From an uncultured Alphaproteobacteria bacterium (lineage in GTDB: Bacteria; Pseudomonadota; Alphaproteobacteria; HIMB59; GCA-002718135): 64,000 nucleotides of DNA. The DNA is taken from NCBI GenBank assembly GCA_902537325.1, contig CACBAT010000002.1, positions 24,610 through 88,609 of the forward strand, in the 5' to 3' direction. This document shows positions 38,800 to 48,157 of the stretch, one piece after another. The translations under genes were made by a program, and so were the position numbers. The notes under the pieces were generated by a model. The model was not told the DNA's origin, made no database searches, and worked only from the letters and a program-made list of their open reading frames with translations. Position 1 is the first letter of the stretch. Each line of letters starts with the position of its first letter.

Positions 38800-38873
38800 G
38801 GCTCGGTGGCAGAGTGGTGATGTAGGGGCCTGCAAAGCCTTGCACAGCGGTTCGATTCCGCTCCGAGCCTCCA
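38800..38873 (+). tRNA. tRNA-Cys (GCA)
   Basis: Hand-folded cloverleaf: acceptor GGCUCGG/CCGAGCC, anticodon loop CUGCAAA, T-arm AGCGG-UUCGAUU-CCGCU, encoded CCA. Confidence 0.9.
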
Positions 38874-38920
38874 AATTTTTCTTGTTTTTTAATTTTTTTT
38901 TATTATCAACAAAATTGTGT

Positions 38921-38995
38921 TCCTCGGTAGCTCAGTGGTAGAGCAATCGGCTGTTAACCGATCGGTCGCTGGTTCGAGCCCGGCCCGGGGAGCCA
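38921..38995 (+). tRNA. tRNA-Asn (GUU)
   Basis: Acceptor UCCUCGG/CCGGGGA (one U-G), D-arm GCUC-AGUGGUA-GAGC, anticodon loop CUGUUAA, T-arm GCUGG-UUCGAGC-CCGGC, encoded CCA. Confidence 0.9.
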
Positions 38996-39001
38996 TTTTA
39001 T

Positions 39002-40306
39002 CTAAGCTTTAACTTCCACCAATTCTTCAAAACGTGTTGTGTAACATGGGGATACGTTTTTTCTTTTCATCTTCCATATTTTTTCTATACCTTCAGAAGC
39101 TATCTTTAAGGTTGAACTTCCATATCTAGAATTAATATTATCAATAGTATTCATTATTCTATCTGATACATCACGGTCATAATCAAGTAATCCTCTAGTT
39201 ACATTTTGTCTGCTAAGGTCGTATAATATAATGCCAGCTTTTTTATAGCGAAATCCTGGTCGATATATTTTTCTAATTCCTTCAAGAGCTCTTTTAACAA
39301 TTTTTATGCTATTATTTGTTGGAAAAGGTAAGTGAAGTTTTATTGAATTTGAATATTGTTTCTCTCTTCTATTAAAATGATTAGTTAAAACAAAAACACT
39401 CATTGATTCAGCTACTAACCCCTCTTCCCTTATCTTCTCTGATACTCTTGATCCATAAGTTGATATTGATTCCTCCAAATCAAATAATTTTTCTATTGGC
39501 TGACTAAATGATCTTGAAACACAACAACTTTGTTTATCACTTGGAACCAAATCAAGTTCTAAACACGATACACTATTTAATTCTAGGTATGTCTTCTCTC
39601 CTACTACACCCATATTTTTTCTTATCCATCCTCTGTCCATTTCTGAAAATTGATAAGCATTATGAATATTATATTTTTTCAGGAAAAGAGATAATCTTCT
39701 TCCAATGCCCCATACTTCTTCAATAGATGTGAATTCTAATGCTTTTTTTATTTCTATTTTATTTTTTAGTATGCACACACCTTTATAGTCTGATTGTTTT
39801 TTTGCTAGATGATTAGCTATTTTGGATAGTGTTTTTGTTGGCCCCACTCCAATACTAACTGGAATACCAACCCACCTCTTAATTGTTTGCCTAATATGTC
39901 TGCAATAAGTGTTTAGCTCATAGTTTTCAAAACCATTTAAACCAAGAAATGCTTCATCTATAGAGTAGATTTCTACCTCTGAAGAGAAACTTGATAAAGT
40001 CTCCATTACTCTCTGAGAAATATCACCATACAAAGAATAATTAGATGAAAAAACTTTAACATCATTTTTTTCAATAATATTTTTTGCTTTAAAATAAGGT
40101 TCACCCATTTTTATCCCTAATTTTTTTGCTTCTTTTGATCGTGCAATGATACAACCATCATTATTGGAAAGTACGACAATTGGTTTTCCTATAAGTTTTG
40201 GATTAAATATTCTTTCACATGACGCATAAAAATTATTGCAATCTATCAATGCTATAGATTGATTTACTGAGTTATGATTTCTTCTAAGTAGTTTTGTGTA
40301 TGACAT
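39002..40306 (-). CDS. umuC: DNA polymerase V catalytic subunit UmuC (Y-family)
   Basis: IALIDCNNFYASCE, SIDEAFL and GIGRR motifs of Y-family polymerases. Overlaps umuD by 23 nt. Confidence 0.9.
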   Translation of the reverse strand: MSYTKLLRRNHNSVNQSIALIDCNNFYASCERIFNPKLIGKPIVVLSNNDGCIIARSKEAKKLGIKMGEPYFKAKNIIEKNDVKVFSSNYSLYGDISQRVMETLSSFSSEVEIYSIDEAFLGLNGFENYELNTYCRHIRQTIKRWVGIPVSIGVGPTKTLSKIANHLAKKQSDYKGVCILKNKIEIKKALEFTSIEEVWGIGRRLSLFLKKYNIHNAYQFSEMDRGWIRKNMGVVGEKTYLELNSVSCLELDLVPSDKQSCCVSRSFSQPIEKLFDLEESISTYGSRVSEKIREEGLVAESMSVFVLTNHFNRREKQYSNSIKLHLPFPTNNSIKIVKRALEGIRKIYRPGFRYKKAGIILYDLSRQNVTRGLLDYDRDVSDRIMNTIDNINSRYGSSTLKIASEGIEKIWKMKRKNVSPCYTTRFEELVEVKA

Positions 40307-40721
40307 ATGTTACTACCCCCCATATAAAACACTCCATTTCTTCTTTAACTTGAATACTAGGATACTCACTATTGGCAGAAATTAAAAATAGTGACTGATC
40401 TTTCTTTTTCAGTTTTTTAACTGTTAGGTCACCAAAGATGGAAGCTATAACAATATTGTCGTTACGAGGTGTGATACTTCTATCAACAATAAGTAAATCA
40501 CCTGATAATATGCCTGCGTCAGTCATAGAAGGGCCATTAGCTTTAACGATATAGGTTGCTGTTGGACGTTGAACCAAATATTCATTAAGATCAAGTTTGT
40601 TTTCCATATAATCAGTAGCTGGAGATGGAAAACCTGCAGATACTGTATCAAGAAAATAAGGTGTTATTTGATCTCCTTTGGATTCAGCTTTAAATATTAA
40701 GTTTTCTATTTTTTTAGACAT
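40284..40721 (-). CDS. umuD: UmuD, S24 LexA-like self-cleaving peptidase
   Basis: Putative Ala-Gly cleavage site in VSAGFPSPA, Ser nucleophile in GPSM, Lys in TVKKL. Confidence 0.85.
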   Translation of the reverse strand: MSKKIENLIFKAESKGDQITPYFLDTVSAGFPSPATDYMENKLDLNEYLVQRPTATYIVKANGPSMTDAGILSGDLLIVDRSITPRNDNIVIASIFGDLTVKKLKKKDQSLFLISANSEYPSIQVKEEMECFIWGVVTYVIHKTT

Positions 40722-40783
40722 AATATTAGAAAAAATATTTAAATAATTGATAAATAATAATTATATTATTTATAAAATTATTT

Positions 40784-40798
40784 GTTCTATTTTTGTTC
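40784..40798 (-). promoter_or_regulatory. alphaproteobacterial-type LexA operator (SOS box) GTTC-N7-GTTC
   Basis: Exact GTTCtatttttGTTC (GAAC-N7-GAAC on the umuD strand) 63-77 nt upstream of the umuD ATG, immediately downstream of a candidate -10. Confidence 0.7.
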
Positions 40799-40799
40799 T

Positions 40800-40827
40800 A
40801 ATTTATCCAGAATGAGAAAAAAGTCAA
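40800..40827 (-). promoter_or_regulatory. candidate sigma70 promoter of umuDC
   Basis: Minus strand TTGACT, 16 nt, TAAATT. The SOS box begins 2 nt after the -10. AT-rich background makes chance matches likely. Confidence 0.4.
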
Positions 40828-40860
40828 TATAATATTTTTAAAATACTGTTAAAAAACGCT

Positions 40861-41562
40861 ATGACTAAATTATTCGAAGATGATGCATACCTTAAAGAAT
40901 TTAAAGCAAAAATTATAGGTATTGTGAAAGAAGAAAATCGTATTGAGTTAGATAAGACAGCATTTTATGCAAAAAGTGGAGGTCAACCGGGAGACACAGG
41001 TGCAATAGAAGCTGAAAATATAAAAATACAAGTTTTAGATACTATTAAAGAAAATAATAAAATAATAAATATTGTAGATGATCTCAAAGATCTTGAAGAG
41101 AATACTGAAATAATTGGAAAAATAAATTGGGATTTACGATACAAGCATATGAGAATGCATACTGCACTGCACTTGTTGTGTTCTATAGTCCCTTTAGGAG
41201 TAACTGGTGGTCAAATTGGTTATGAAAGAAGTCGATTAGATTTTAATGATCCAGATAAACAAATAAATAAAGAAGAATTGGAAGAAAAAATAAATTTGTT
41301 GGTTGAAGATAATCATACCGTTACTAGTGAAGTAATTGAAAGTAGTATATTGGAAGAAAAACCTGAGCTAGTCAGAACTATGTCAGTAAAACCTCCGCAA
41401 GTAGATGGTAAAATAAGATTAATTAGAATTGGTGATGTTGATTTACAACCTTGTGGTGGTACACATGTGAAATCAACTAATGAGATTGGTAAAATTCAAA
41501 TCGGCAAAATAGAAAACAAAGGTAAAATGAATAGAAGAGTTAATTTATTGTTATCTTCTTAA
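40861..41562 (+). CDS. alaX: alanyl-tRNA editing protein AlaX (free-standing editing/SAD domain)
   Basis: Zinc/editing motifs HTALHLL and CGGTHV. The N-terminal beta-barrel-like region carries GGQPGDTG. Confidence 0.85.
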   Translation: MTKLFEDDAYLKEFKAKIIGIVKEENRIELDKTAFYAKSGGQPGDTGAIEAENIKIQVLDTIKENNKIINIVDDLKDLEENTEIIGKINWDLRYKHMRMHTALHLLCSIVPLGVTGGQIGYERSRLDFNDPDKQINKEELEEKINLLVEDNHTVTSEVIESSILEEKPELVRTMSVKPPQVDGKIRLIRIGDVDLQPCGGTHVKSTNEIGKIQIGKIENKGKMNRRVNLLLSS

Positions 41563-41563
41563 A

Positions 41564-42307
41564 TTACTGATGAAGAATTTGACTTAAGAATAACTTTGTA
41601 CGATCACTCTCTGGATTATTGAAAAACTTATCTGGGCTAGCTTCCTCAACAATTTTACCTTCATCCATAAACACCATTCTATCAGCAACTGTTTTAGCAA
41701 AACCCATTTCGTGAGTAACAACAATCATAGTCATTCCACCGTTTGCCAAATCAACCATAACATCTAAAACTTCTTTAATCATTTCAGGATCAAGAGCTGA
41801 AGTTGGTTCATCAAAAAGCATGATGTTAGGATTCATTGCAAGAGATCTAGCAATTGCTACTCTTTGTTGTTGACCACCAGATAATTGACCGGGGTACTTG
41901 TTGGCTTGTTCAGGAATTTTTACTATTTCTAACTGTCTCATAGCCAGTTCCTCTGCTTCCGCCTTTGGCATTTTTTTAACCCAAATTGGGGCCAGTGTTA
42001 TATTTTCTTTTACAGATAAATGAGGGAATAAATTAAATTGCTGGAATACCATTCCAACTTCTTTTCTAACATTATCAATATTTTTTAAATTTCCTGTTAA
42101 CTCAATTCCATCAACAACAATTGAACCTTCTTGGTGCTCTTCCAATCTATTAATACATCTGATCATTGTGGATTTACCAGAACCAGAAGGACCACAAACT
42201 ACAATTCTTTCTTTCTTCTTAACTTCAAGATTTACATCTTGTAATACATGAAAGTCTCCAAACCACTTGTTAACATTTTTTAATGAAATTATAGATTCTT
42301 CACTCAT
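41564..42307 (-). CDS. aapP: general L-amino-acid ABC transporter ATP-binding protein
   Basis: [22 protein letters not shown] and [11 protein letters not shown]. Polar-amino-acid (PAAT) type, last gene of aapJQMP order. Confidence 0.9.
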   Translation of the reverse strand: MSEESIISLKNVNKWFGDFHVLQDVNLEVKKKERIVVCGPSGSGKSTMIRCINRLEEHQEGSIVVDGIELTGNLKNIDNVRKEVGMVFQQFNLFPHLSVKENITLAPIWVKKMPKAEAEELAMRQLEIVKIPEQANKYPGQLSGGQQQRVAIARSLAMNPNIMLFDEPTSALDPEMIKEVLDVMVDLANGGMTMIVVTHEMGFAKTVADRMVFMDEGKIVEEASPDKFFNNPESDRTKLFLSQILHQ

Positions 42308-42308
42308 T

Positions 42309-43442
42309 TTAATCAGCCCCCATATTAATACCTGTTTTTAATTTCTTTTCCAAATACAAACTGTATCTAGACATTCCAAATGTGAATATAAAAAATACCA
42401 AGCTAACGAAAAAGTAAATTTCATAAGATAAGCCTAACCAATTAGTATCTGCTAAAGTACCCCTTCCAATACCTAATAAATCTAATATTCCTACAATTAT
42501 AACTAAAGTTGTGTCCTTAAATAAACCTATAGATGTGTTGACAATTGGGGGTATAGAAATTCTAATAGCTTGAGGAAGAATAATTAATAAATTCATTCTC
42601 CAATAAGACATCCCAAGTGATTTAGCAGCTTCATATTGACCAGGGGGTATAGCCTGTAGTCCTCCTCTTATAACTTCTGCCATATATGCTGATTGAAATA
42701 GTGTAACAGCAACAAGAACCCTTATTAAACCATCCATATCTATTCCTTCAGGTAAAAATAAAGGCAGCATTACCATTCCAAAGAACAATAAAGTTATAAG
42801 AGGAACACCTCTAATAAACTCTATAAACAATGTGCACATCATACTTATAACTGGTAATTTAGATCTTCGGCCCAACGCCAACATAATTCCAATAGGAAAA
42901 GCTAATGCAATTCCAGTACAGCCTAAGACTAGTGTTACAAGAAGCCCCCCCCATTTGTTAGTAGAGACTTCTGTAAAACCCAATCCACCATTAAGTAAAA
43001 AATATGCTATTACAGGAAAGATATATGTAAAATATAAGAAATACTTTCTGTATGGAAGTTTAGCATACAAAAGAGGTAGAAGCGCTAAAGCTAACATAAC
43101 ATACGCGACATTTACTCTCCAAACCTCAGCCTTTGGATAAAAACCATAAATAAATTGATAAAACCTTACATATATAACTGCCCAACAAGCTCCGCCATTT
43201 TCAGGATCTAAATTTCGTGAACACATTTCTTGGTTAGTAATTTGTTCACCAAGATAATTATATTTGAAGTCAGCTGAAAATATTGTCCAATCTAAAATCC
43301 AAGGAATAAACTGATACAAACAATAAATAACAAATAAAGTTATTAATGAGTTTGTCCAATTGAAGAATAAATTTATTCTTAACCAACCAATAATACCTGT
43401 TGTTGCTACTGGTGGTTTTCTAACTTCATTCATTTCGTTCAT
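42309..43442 (-). CDS. aapM: general L-amino-acid ABC transporter permease
   Basis: 377-aa polytopic protein with the EAA-loop-like [23 protein letters not shown]. Confidence 0.85.
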   Translation of the reverse strand: MNEMNEVRKPPVATTGIIGWLRINLFFNWTNSLITLFVIYCLYQFIPWILDWTIFSADFKYNYLGEQITNQEMCSRNLDPENGGACWAVIYVRFYQFIYGFYPKAEVWRVNVAYVMLALALLPLLYAKLPYRKYFLYFTYIFPVIAYFLLNGGLGFTEVSTNKWGGLLVTLVLGCTGIALAFPIGIMLALGRRSKLPVISMMCTLFIEFIRGVPLITLLFFGMVMLPLFLPEGIDMDGLIRVLVAVTLFQSAYMAEVIRGGLQAIPPGQYEAAKSLGMSYWRMNLLIILPQAIRISIPPIVNTSIGLFKDTTLVIIVGILDLLGIGRGTLADTNWLGLSYEIYFFVSLVFFIFTFGMSRYSLYLEKKLKTGINMGAD

Positions 43443-44605
43443 TACTTTTCCTTAAATTGTATACTTCTATTATAAATGTTCATAAAGAAAGATATTGTCA
43501 GACTAATTGACAAATAAGTTGCCATAACAATTGCCATACATTCAATAGCTTGACCAGTTTGATTTAAACTTATTCCTCCAAAACCATGAACAAGGTCAGC
43601 ATATCCGACAGCGATTCCTAAAGAAGAATTTTTAGTTAAGTTTAGATACTGACTTGTTAGTGGAGGGACAATCACTCTAAGAGCTTGGGGTATAATGATT
43701 AGTCTCATTATCCATGTTTGTTTTAAGCCTATTGCAGCAGATGCCTCTCTTTGTCCTTTTGAGACAGACATTATTCCTGCTCTAACAATTTCAGAAATAA
43801 AGGCTGCAGTATAAATTGATAATGCTAAAAACATTGCTATGAATTCGGGTCTAATAACTAGACCACCTTTAAAGTTAAAGCCTTTTAATTCTGGATGCTC
43901 AAAAGACAAAGGTGAACCAAGAATAAAAAATAAAATTAATGGAACAATAAATATTAATCCGATTGAACTTGAGAATACTGGGAATTGTTGACCTGTCTTA
44001 TCTTGTCTTTTTTTTGCCCATCTATTTATTAAGAAACTTGAAATTAAAGCTAATACAATTGCAATTAATACATATGAAAATCCACTTTCAAATATTGGTC
44101 TTGGAGAATACAATCCTCTGTTTGAAATATAAAATACATCAAGAACTTGTAATGATTGCTTAACACGAGGAAGTTGAATTAAAATACTATACCATAAAAT
44201 TATTTGGAGAAGTAAGGGTACATTTCTTGAAAATTCAACGTATATATAAACTAGTCGACTTAATAACCAATTTGAAGATAGCCTTACTATGCCCAATATA
44301 AAACCTAAAATTGTTGCAGCTATACAACCTGTAATTGATACCAAAAGAGTATTTAAGACTCCAACAAAATAAACTTTTAAATGTGTATCGGTTGATTTAA
44401 ATTCTAAGAAGGGTGAAAAACTTATATCAAACCCAGCTGGATTTTGAAGAAAACTCCAACCAGTTGCAATATTTCTTTTTTCTAAGTTGTAAGAAGTTGT
44501 ACTTATTACAAAAAATAAACCTAGGGCAAATAAACCTACAACTAAAGTTTGGAAAAAAATGGATCTAAATTTTTCATCAGAAAAAAAACCTAAGTTAGAT
44601 CGCAT
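43442..44605 (-). CDS. aapQ: general L-amino-acid ABC transporter permease
   Basis: EAA-loop REASAAIGLKQTWIMRLIIIPQA. The track start at 44620 is a TTG within the terminator U-tract; the ATG at 44605 (MRSNLGFF) is preferred. Confidence 0.85.
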   Translation of the reverse strand: MRSNLGFFSDEKFRSIFFQTLVVGLFALGLFFVISTTSYNLEKRNIATGWSFLQNPAGFDISFSPFLEFKSTDTHLKVYFVGVLNTLLVSITGCIAATILGFILGIVRLSSNWLLSRLVYIYVEFSRNVPLLLQIILWYSILIQLPRVKQSLQVLDVFYISNRGLYSPRPIFESGFSYVLIAIVLALISSFLINRWAKKRQDKTGQQFPVFSSSIGLIFIVPLILFFILGSPLSFEHPELKGFNFKGGLVIRPEFIAMFLALSIYTAAFISEIVRAGIMSVSKGQREASAAIGLKQTWIMRLIIIPQALRVIVPPLTSQYLNLTKNSSLGIAVGYADLVHGFGGISLNQTGQAIECMAIVMATYLSISLTISFFMNIYNRSIQFKEK

Positions 44606-44618
44606 CGCTAGAATATAC

Positions 44619-44650
44619 AAAAAAAATGGGGGGTTTAAAACCCCCCGTTT
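44619..44650 (-). terminator. intra-operon intrinsic terminator/attenuator between aapJ and aapQ
   Basis: Minus strand GGGGGG-UUUUAAA-CCCCCC followed by AUUUUUUUU. The only G/C run in this AT-rich neighbourhood. Confidence 0.7.
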
Positions 44651-44666
44651 TGAATTTAATTAAGAT

Positions 44667-45671
44667 TTATCTGAATGGAGGTGCGTATAAAATACCACCT
44701 TGAGTCCATAGAGCATTTAAACCTCTTGCAATTTCTAGAGGTGTGTCTGGACCTACGTTTGCTTCGTAAGATTCAGAGTAGTTACCAATTTGTTTGATAA
44801 TTTGGTAAGCCCAATCATTACTTAGCTCAAGCATTTCTCCATAGTTACCTTCAACACCAAGAAGTCTTAGTACTTCAGGAACATTAGAGCTCGTTTGAGC
44901 ATCAACGTTTTCAGATGTAATACCTAGTTCTTCGGCAATAATCATTGCATTTAAAGACCAACGAACTACGTCACCCCACTGGTGATCACCATGTCTTACA
45001 AGTGGACCAAGTGGTTCTTTTGAAATAATTTCTGGTAAAACAACCCATTTATCTGGATTAGAAGCAGCAGCTCTTGTTGAAGAAAGACCTGAAGCGTCAG
45101 TTGTGTATACATCACATCTTCCAGCAAATAAGTTTTCTTTACCTTCATCATTAGTTTCAATTGGAAGTGCTTCGTAGCTAATTCCATTTAATCTAAAGAA
45201 GTCAGCAAGGTTCAACTCTGTAGTAGTACCAGTTTGGATACATACAGTAGCACCATCAAGCTCAGTTGCACTTGATACACCAAGAGCAGATGGAACCATG
45301 AAACCTTGTCCATCGTAGAAGTTTACACCTACAAACTCAAAACCAAGATTAACATCACGGCTAATTGTCCAAGTTGTATTTCTCGCTAACATATCAACTT
45401 CACCAGAAGCTAATGTTGGAAAACGAGATTTACCAGTAGTCGTAATAAATTCTACTTTTGAACGGTCTCCAAAAACAGCTACAGCAACTGCACGACACAT
45501 ATCTGCATCAAGACCAGCCCATTCGCCGCTATCATCTGGAGCAGCAAAACCAGCAAGACCAGTTGTTACTCCACATTTTAGAAAACCTCTATTTTTAACA
45601 TCATCAAGAGTTCCAGCATGTGCTGAAAAAGCAAAAGCTACAACTGCAAAGATAGATAATAGTTTTTTCAT
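44667..45671 (-). CDS. aapJ: general L-amino-acid ABC transporter periplasmic substrate-binding protein
   Basis: Signal peptide MKKLLSIFAVVAFAFSAHA, family-3 SBP pattern, strong AAGGGAGA SD. Visibly less AT-rich than its neighbours. Confidence 0.85.
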   Translation of the reverse strand: MKKLLSIFAVVAFAFSAHAGTLDDVKNRGFLKCGVTTGLAGFAAPDDSGEWAGLDADMCRAVAVAVFGDRSKVEFITTTGKSRFPTLASGEVDMLARNTTWTISRDVNLGFEFVGVNFYDGQGFMVPSALGVSSATELDGATVCIQTGTTTELNLADFFRLNGISYEALPIETNDEGKENLFAGRCDVYTTDASGLSSTRAAASNPDKWVVLPEIISKEPLGPLVRHGDHQWGDVVRWSLNAMIIAEELGITSENVDAQTSSNVPEVLRLLGVEGNYGEMLELSNDWAYQIIKQIGNYSESYEANVGPDTPLEIARGLNALWTQGGILYAPPFR

Positions 45672-45831
45672 ATTATTTTCTCCCTTAAATAATTATTTAA
45701 ATATCTTTTTTCAAAGATTGCTTCCCTATAACAAATTAATAAGTTAATCCCAATAATAGATTTGTTAAGCTTAAAATTGCCTACTACAATTTGTGTATAA
45801 AGATTTTAGCTTATACAACATTTAGTTGTTT

Positions 45832-46992
45832 ATGAAAATAAAAACAAAATTAACAAAAATAGGTAGAAATCCTCTTAAACAAAAAGGGTTTATTAACCCT
45901 GGTACCTATAAAGGTTCTACAATGATCTTTAATACATATAAAGATTACTTAAACGATATTAAAAATTTTGATGATAGAACAACATATTATGGAATAAATA
46001 AAAATCCATTTCATAAACAGTTAGAAGACAGTATTTCTTTTTTATATAACTGCAATGATACAGTATTATCACCATCAGGATTAGCCTCTATAGTTATTCC
46101 TTTTTTTACCTTTTTAAAATCTGGTGATGAAGTTTTAATAAATGATAGCGTTTATAGTCCTACTAGAACTTTTTGTGAAAACATCCTCAAACAATATAAT
46201 GTTAAAATAAAATATTTTCATCCGACAAAAAATATTAATAATTTTCAGAAATTAATTAACAGTAAAACAAAGCTAATCTATTTAGAATCACCAGGAACAG
46301 CAACTTTTGATATTATTGATATACCTTTGATTACAAAAATTGCTAAAAAAAATAAAATACCAACTGTTATGGATAATACTTGGGCCTCACCTTTATTTTG
46401 TAATCCAATTAAATTAGGTATTGATATTATTATAGATGCAGGAACTAAATATATAAATGGTCACTCGGATGTATTAATTGGTTTCGTTTCGTCGAATAAA
46501 AAATATTCCAAAAAAATAAGATCATCTTCAAAAACTTTAGGAATATGTCCTGGTTCAGAAGAAGTTTATTTAGCAATTAGAGGATTACCAACACTTGAAA
46601 TTCGAATGAGAGAAATTGAAAAAAATGCAATGATAATGGCAAAATATTTATTGGAACATCATCTTGTATCTGATGTTTTCCATCCAGCATTACCGCATAC
46701 AAAAAATCATAAAATATGGAAAAGAGATTTCTCTGGTAGTACAGGCTTATTTTCATTTATGCTGAAAAAGAAATATTCAAACAATCAAATTGAAAAATTT
46801 TTTAATAAACTGAAAATATTCAAATTGGGATACAGCTGGGGTGGATTTGATAGTCTCATAACCTTTCCTCCATTAGATAAAAGAGAGTTTAAAAATACAA
46901 ATACTGGGACTTTAATTAGATTGTATTGTGGATTGGAAGACATTGATGATCAAATAAAAGATATTAAAAATGCATTAAAAATTTTAAATTAA
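45832..46992 (+). CDS. metC: cystathionine beta-lyase family PLP enzyme
   Basis: Cys/Met PLP family with GTKYINGHSD (PLP Lys) and GYSWGGFDSL. The track start at 45826 is TTG; the ATG is at 45832. Confidence 0.8.
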   Translation: MKIKTKLTKIGRNPLKQKGFINPGTYKGSTMIFNTYKDYLNDIKNFDDRTTYYGINKNPFHKQLEDSISFLYNCNDTVLSPSGLASIVIPFFTFLKSGDEVLINDSVYSPTRTFCENILKQYNVKIKYFHPTKNINNFQKLINSKTKLIYLESPGTATFDIIDIPLITKIAKKNKIPTVMDNTWASPLFCNPIKLGIDIIIDAGTKYINGHSDVLIGFVSSNKKYSKKIRSSSKTLGICPGSEEVYLAIRGLPTLEIRMREIEKNAMIMAKYLLEHHLVSDVFHPALPHTKNHKIWKRDFSGSTGLFSFMLKKKYSNNQIEKFFNKLKIFKLGYSWGGFDSLITFPPLDKREFKNTNTGTLIRLYCGLEDIDDQIKDIKNALKILN

Positions 46993-47727
46993 ATGGATTT
47001 ATACTTTTATTTTTTTGCATCATTAGGAGTTTTTGTATTTGGTTTATCTAAAGGTGGTGTACCTGGACCAATAGCAATGTTAGCTGTTCCTGTTATGTCA
47101 TTTGCAATGAGTCCTTTACAAGCTGCTGGTATTTTGTTGCCACTTTTAATAATAATGGATTTTTCAGCAATCTATTTGTATTGGAAAAAGTGGATAAATA
47201 GTATTTTAAAAATTATAATCCCTGCATCTATAATTGGTATTTTATTTGGAACTTTAACCTTTGAGTTTACGAATGAAGATCAAATAAGAATAATGGTTGG
47301 TGTTATATCAATTATTTTTGTTCTAGTTTCATTTATTCAGAAAAATAATTATTTGCTTAAACCGACCATATTTAAAGGTTACTTTTGGTCGTCTGTTGCT
47401 GGATATACTAGTTTTTTAATACATGCAGGAAATCCACCTATTAACTTTTATATGCTTCCTCTAAAGTTAGACAAAATTTCATTTATTGGAACAATGACAT
47501 TGGCATTTATGGTTATAAATCTTGTCAAATTAGTTCCATATTATTATGTTGGATTATTAGCACCTTCAAATCTGATAATTTCTCTCTATTTACTTCCACT
47601 AGCTTTTATTAGTGTTTTAATTGGTTACTTTGTGCAAAAAATAATTCCAGAAAAATTATTTTTTAATATTGTTTATGTTTTGCTTTTTTTGAGTGGATGT
47701 AAATTAATATACGATGGAGTAATTTAA
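46993..47727 (+). CDS. TauE/SafE (DUF81) family anion exporter
   Basis: 244 aa with about 7-8 TM helices and the Gly-rich GLSKGGVPG N-terminal helix typical of DUF81. ATG abuts the metC TAA. Confidence 0.75.
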   Translation: MDLYFYFFASLGVFVFGLSKGGVPGPIAMLAVPVMSFAMSPLQAAGILLPLLIIMDFSAIYLYWKKWINSILKIIIPASIIGILFGTLTFEFTNEDQIRIMVGVISIIFVLVSFIQKNNYLLKPTIFKGYFWSSVAGYTSFLIHAGNPPINFYMLPLKLDKISFIGTMTLAFMVINLVKLVPYYYVGLLAPSNLIISLYLLPLAFISVLIGYFVQKIIPEKLFFNIVYVLLFLSGCKLIYDGVI

Positions 47728-47740
47728 ATTAAATAGATAG

Positions 47741-48157
47741 CTAAATTTTTGTTTTATAATCAGCTCTTTTAGTTTTTCTAAGCCCAAAGGGACCAGGAAT
47801 AAATAATGTCATTGTATTTGTATTTGGTTTTAAATCAACTCTATGTAAATGATCAGCTGATCTAAAACCAATGTAACCTGGTGGTCTCCAAAATTTACCT
47901 TTATTAGTAGTTTCCCAATAACCACCTTTTAAAATAATTGTTATATAAGGACATAGATGGTTATGAACTCCTTCACCATGATCATCATCTAACATTTTAT
48001 GAATTAAGATATTAAATGGAAACCATTTGGGTCTTTTTCTAAATAACAAATAATATCTCTCCATCCATGGTTTGGCCTTATGAAATTCTGGATGCGAAGG
48101 ACCTCTGTCCAATACAATTTTTTTTCTTCCTAATTTTTCAAGTATTTTTAAAATCAT
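47741..48157 (-). CDS. hypothetical protein with cupin-like His cluster
   Basis: ATGA overlap with the upstream gene. GEGVHNHLCPYITIILKGGYWE...HLHRV is reminiscent of a cupin metal motif. I recognise no family. Confidence 0.5.
   Translation of the reverse strand: MILKILEKLGRKKIVLDRGPSHPEFHKAKPWMERYYLLFRKRPKWFPFNILIHKMLDDDHGEGVHNHLCPYITIILKGGYWETTNKGKFWRPPGYIGFRSADHLHRVDLKPNTNTMTLFIPGPFGLRKTKRADYKTKI

Noticed and set aside
38800-40860. umuDC begins 6 nt after a tRNA-Cys/tRNA-Asn pair, which could indicate a genomic island integrated at a tRNA.
   Set aside because: There is no integrase, no direct repeat of the tRNA-Asn 3' end in 40722-40860, and no other cargo. The composition matches the flanks, and the SOS box is the host-lineage type.
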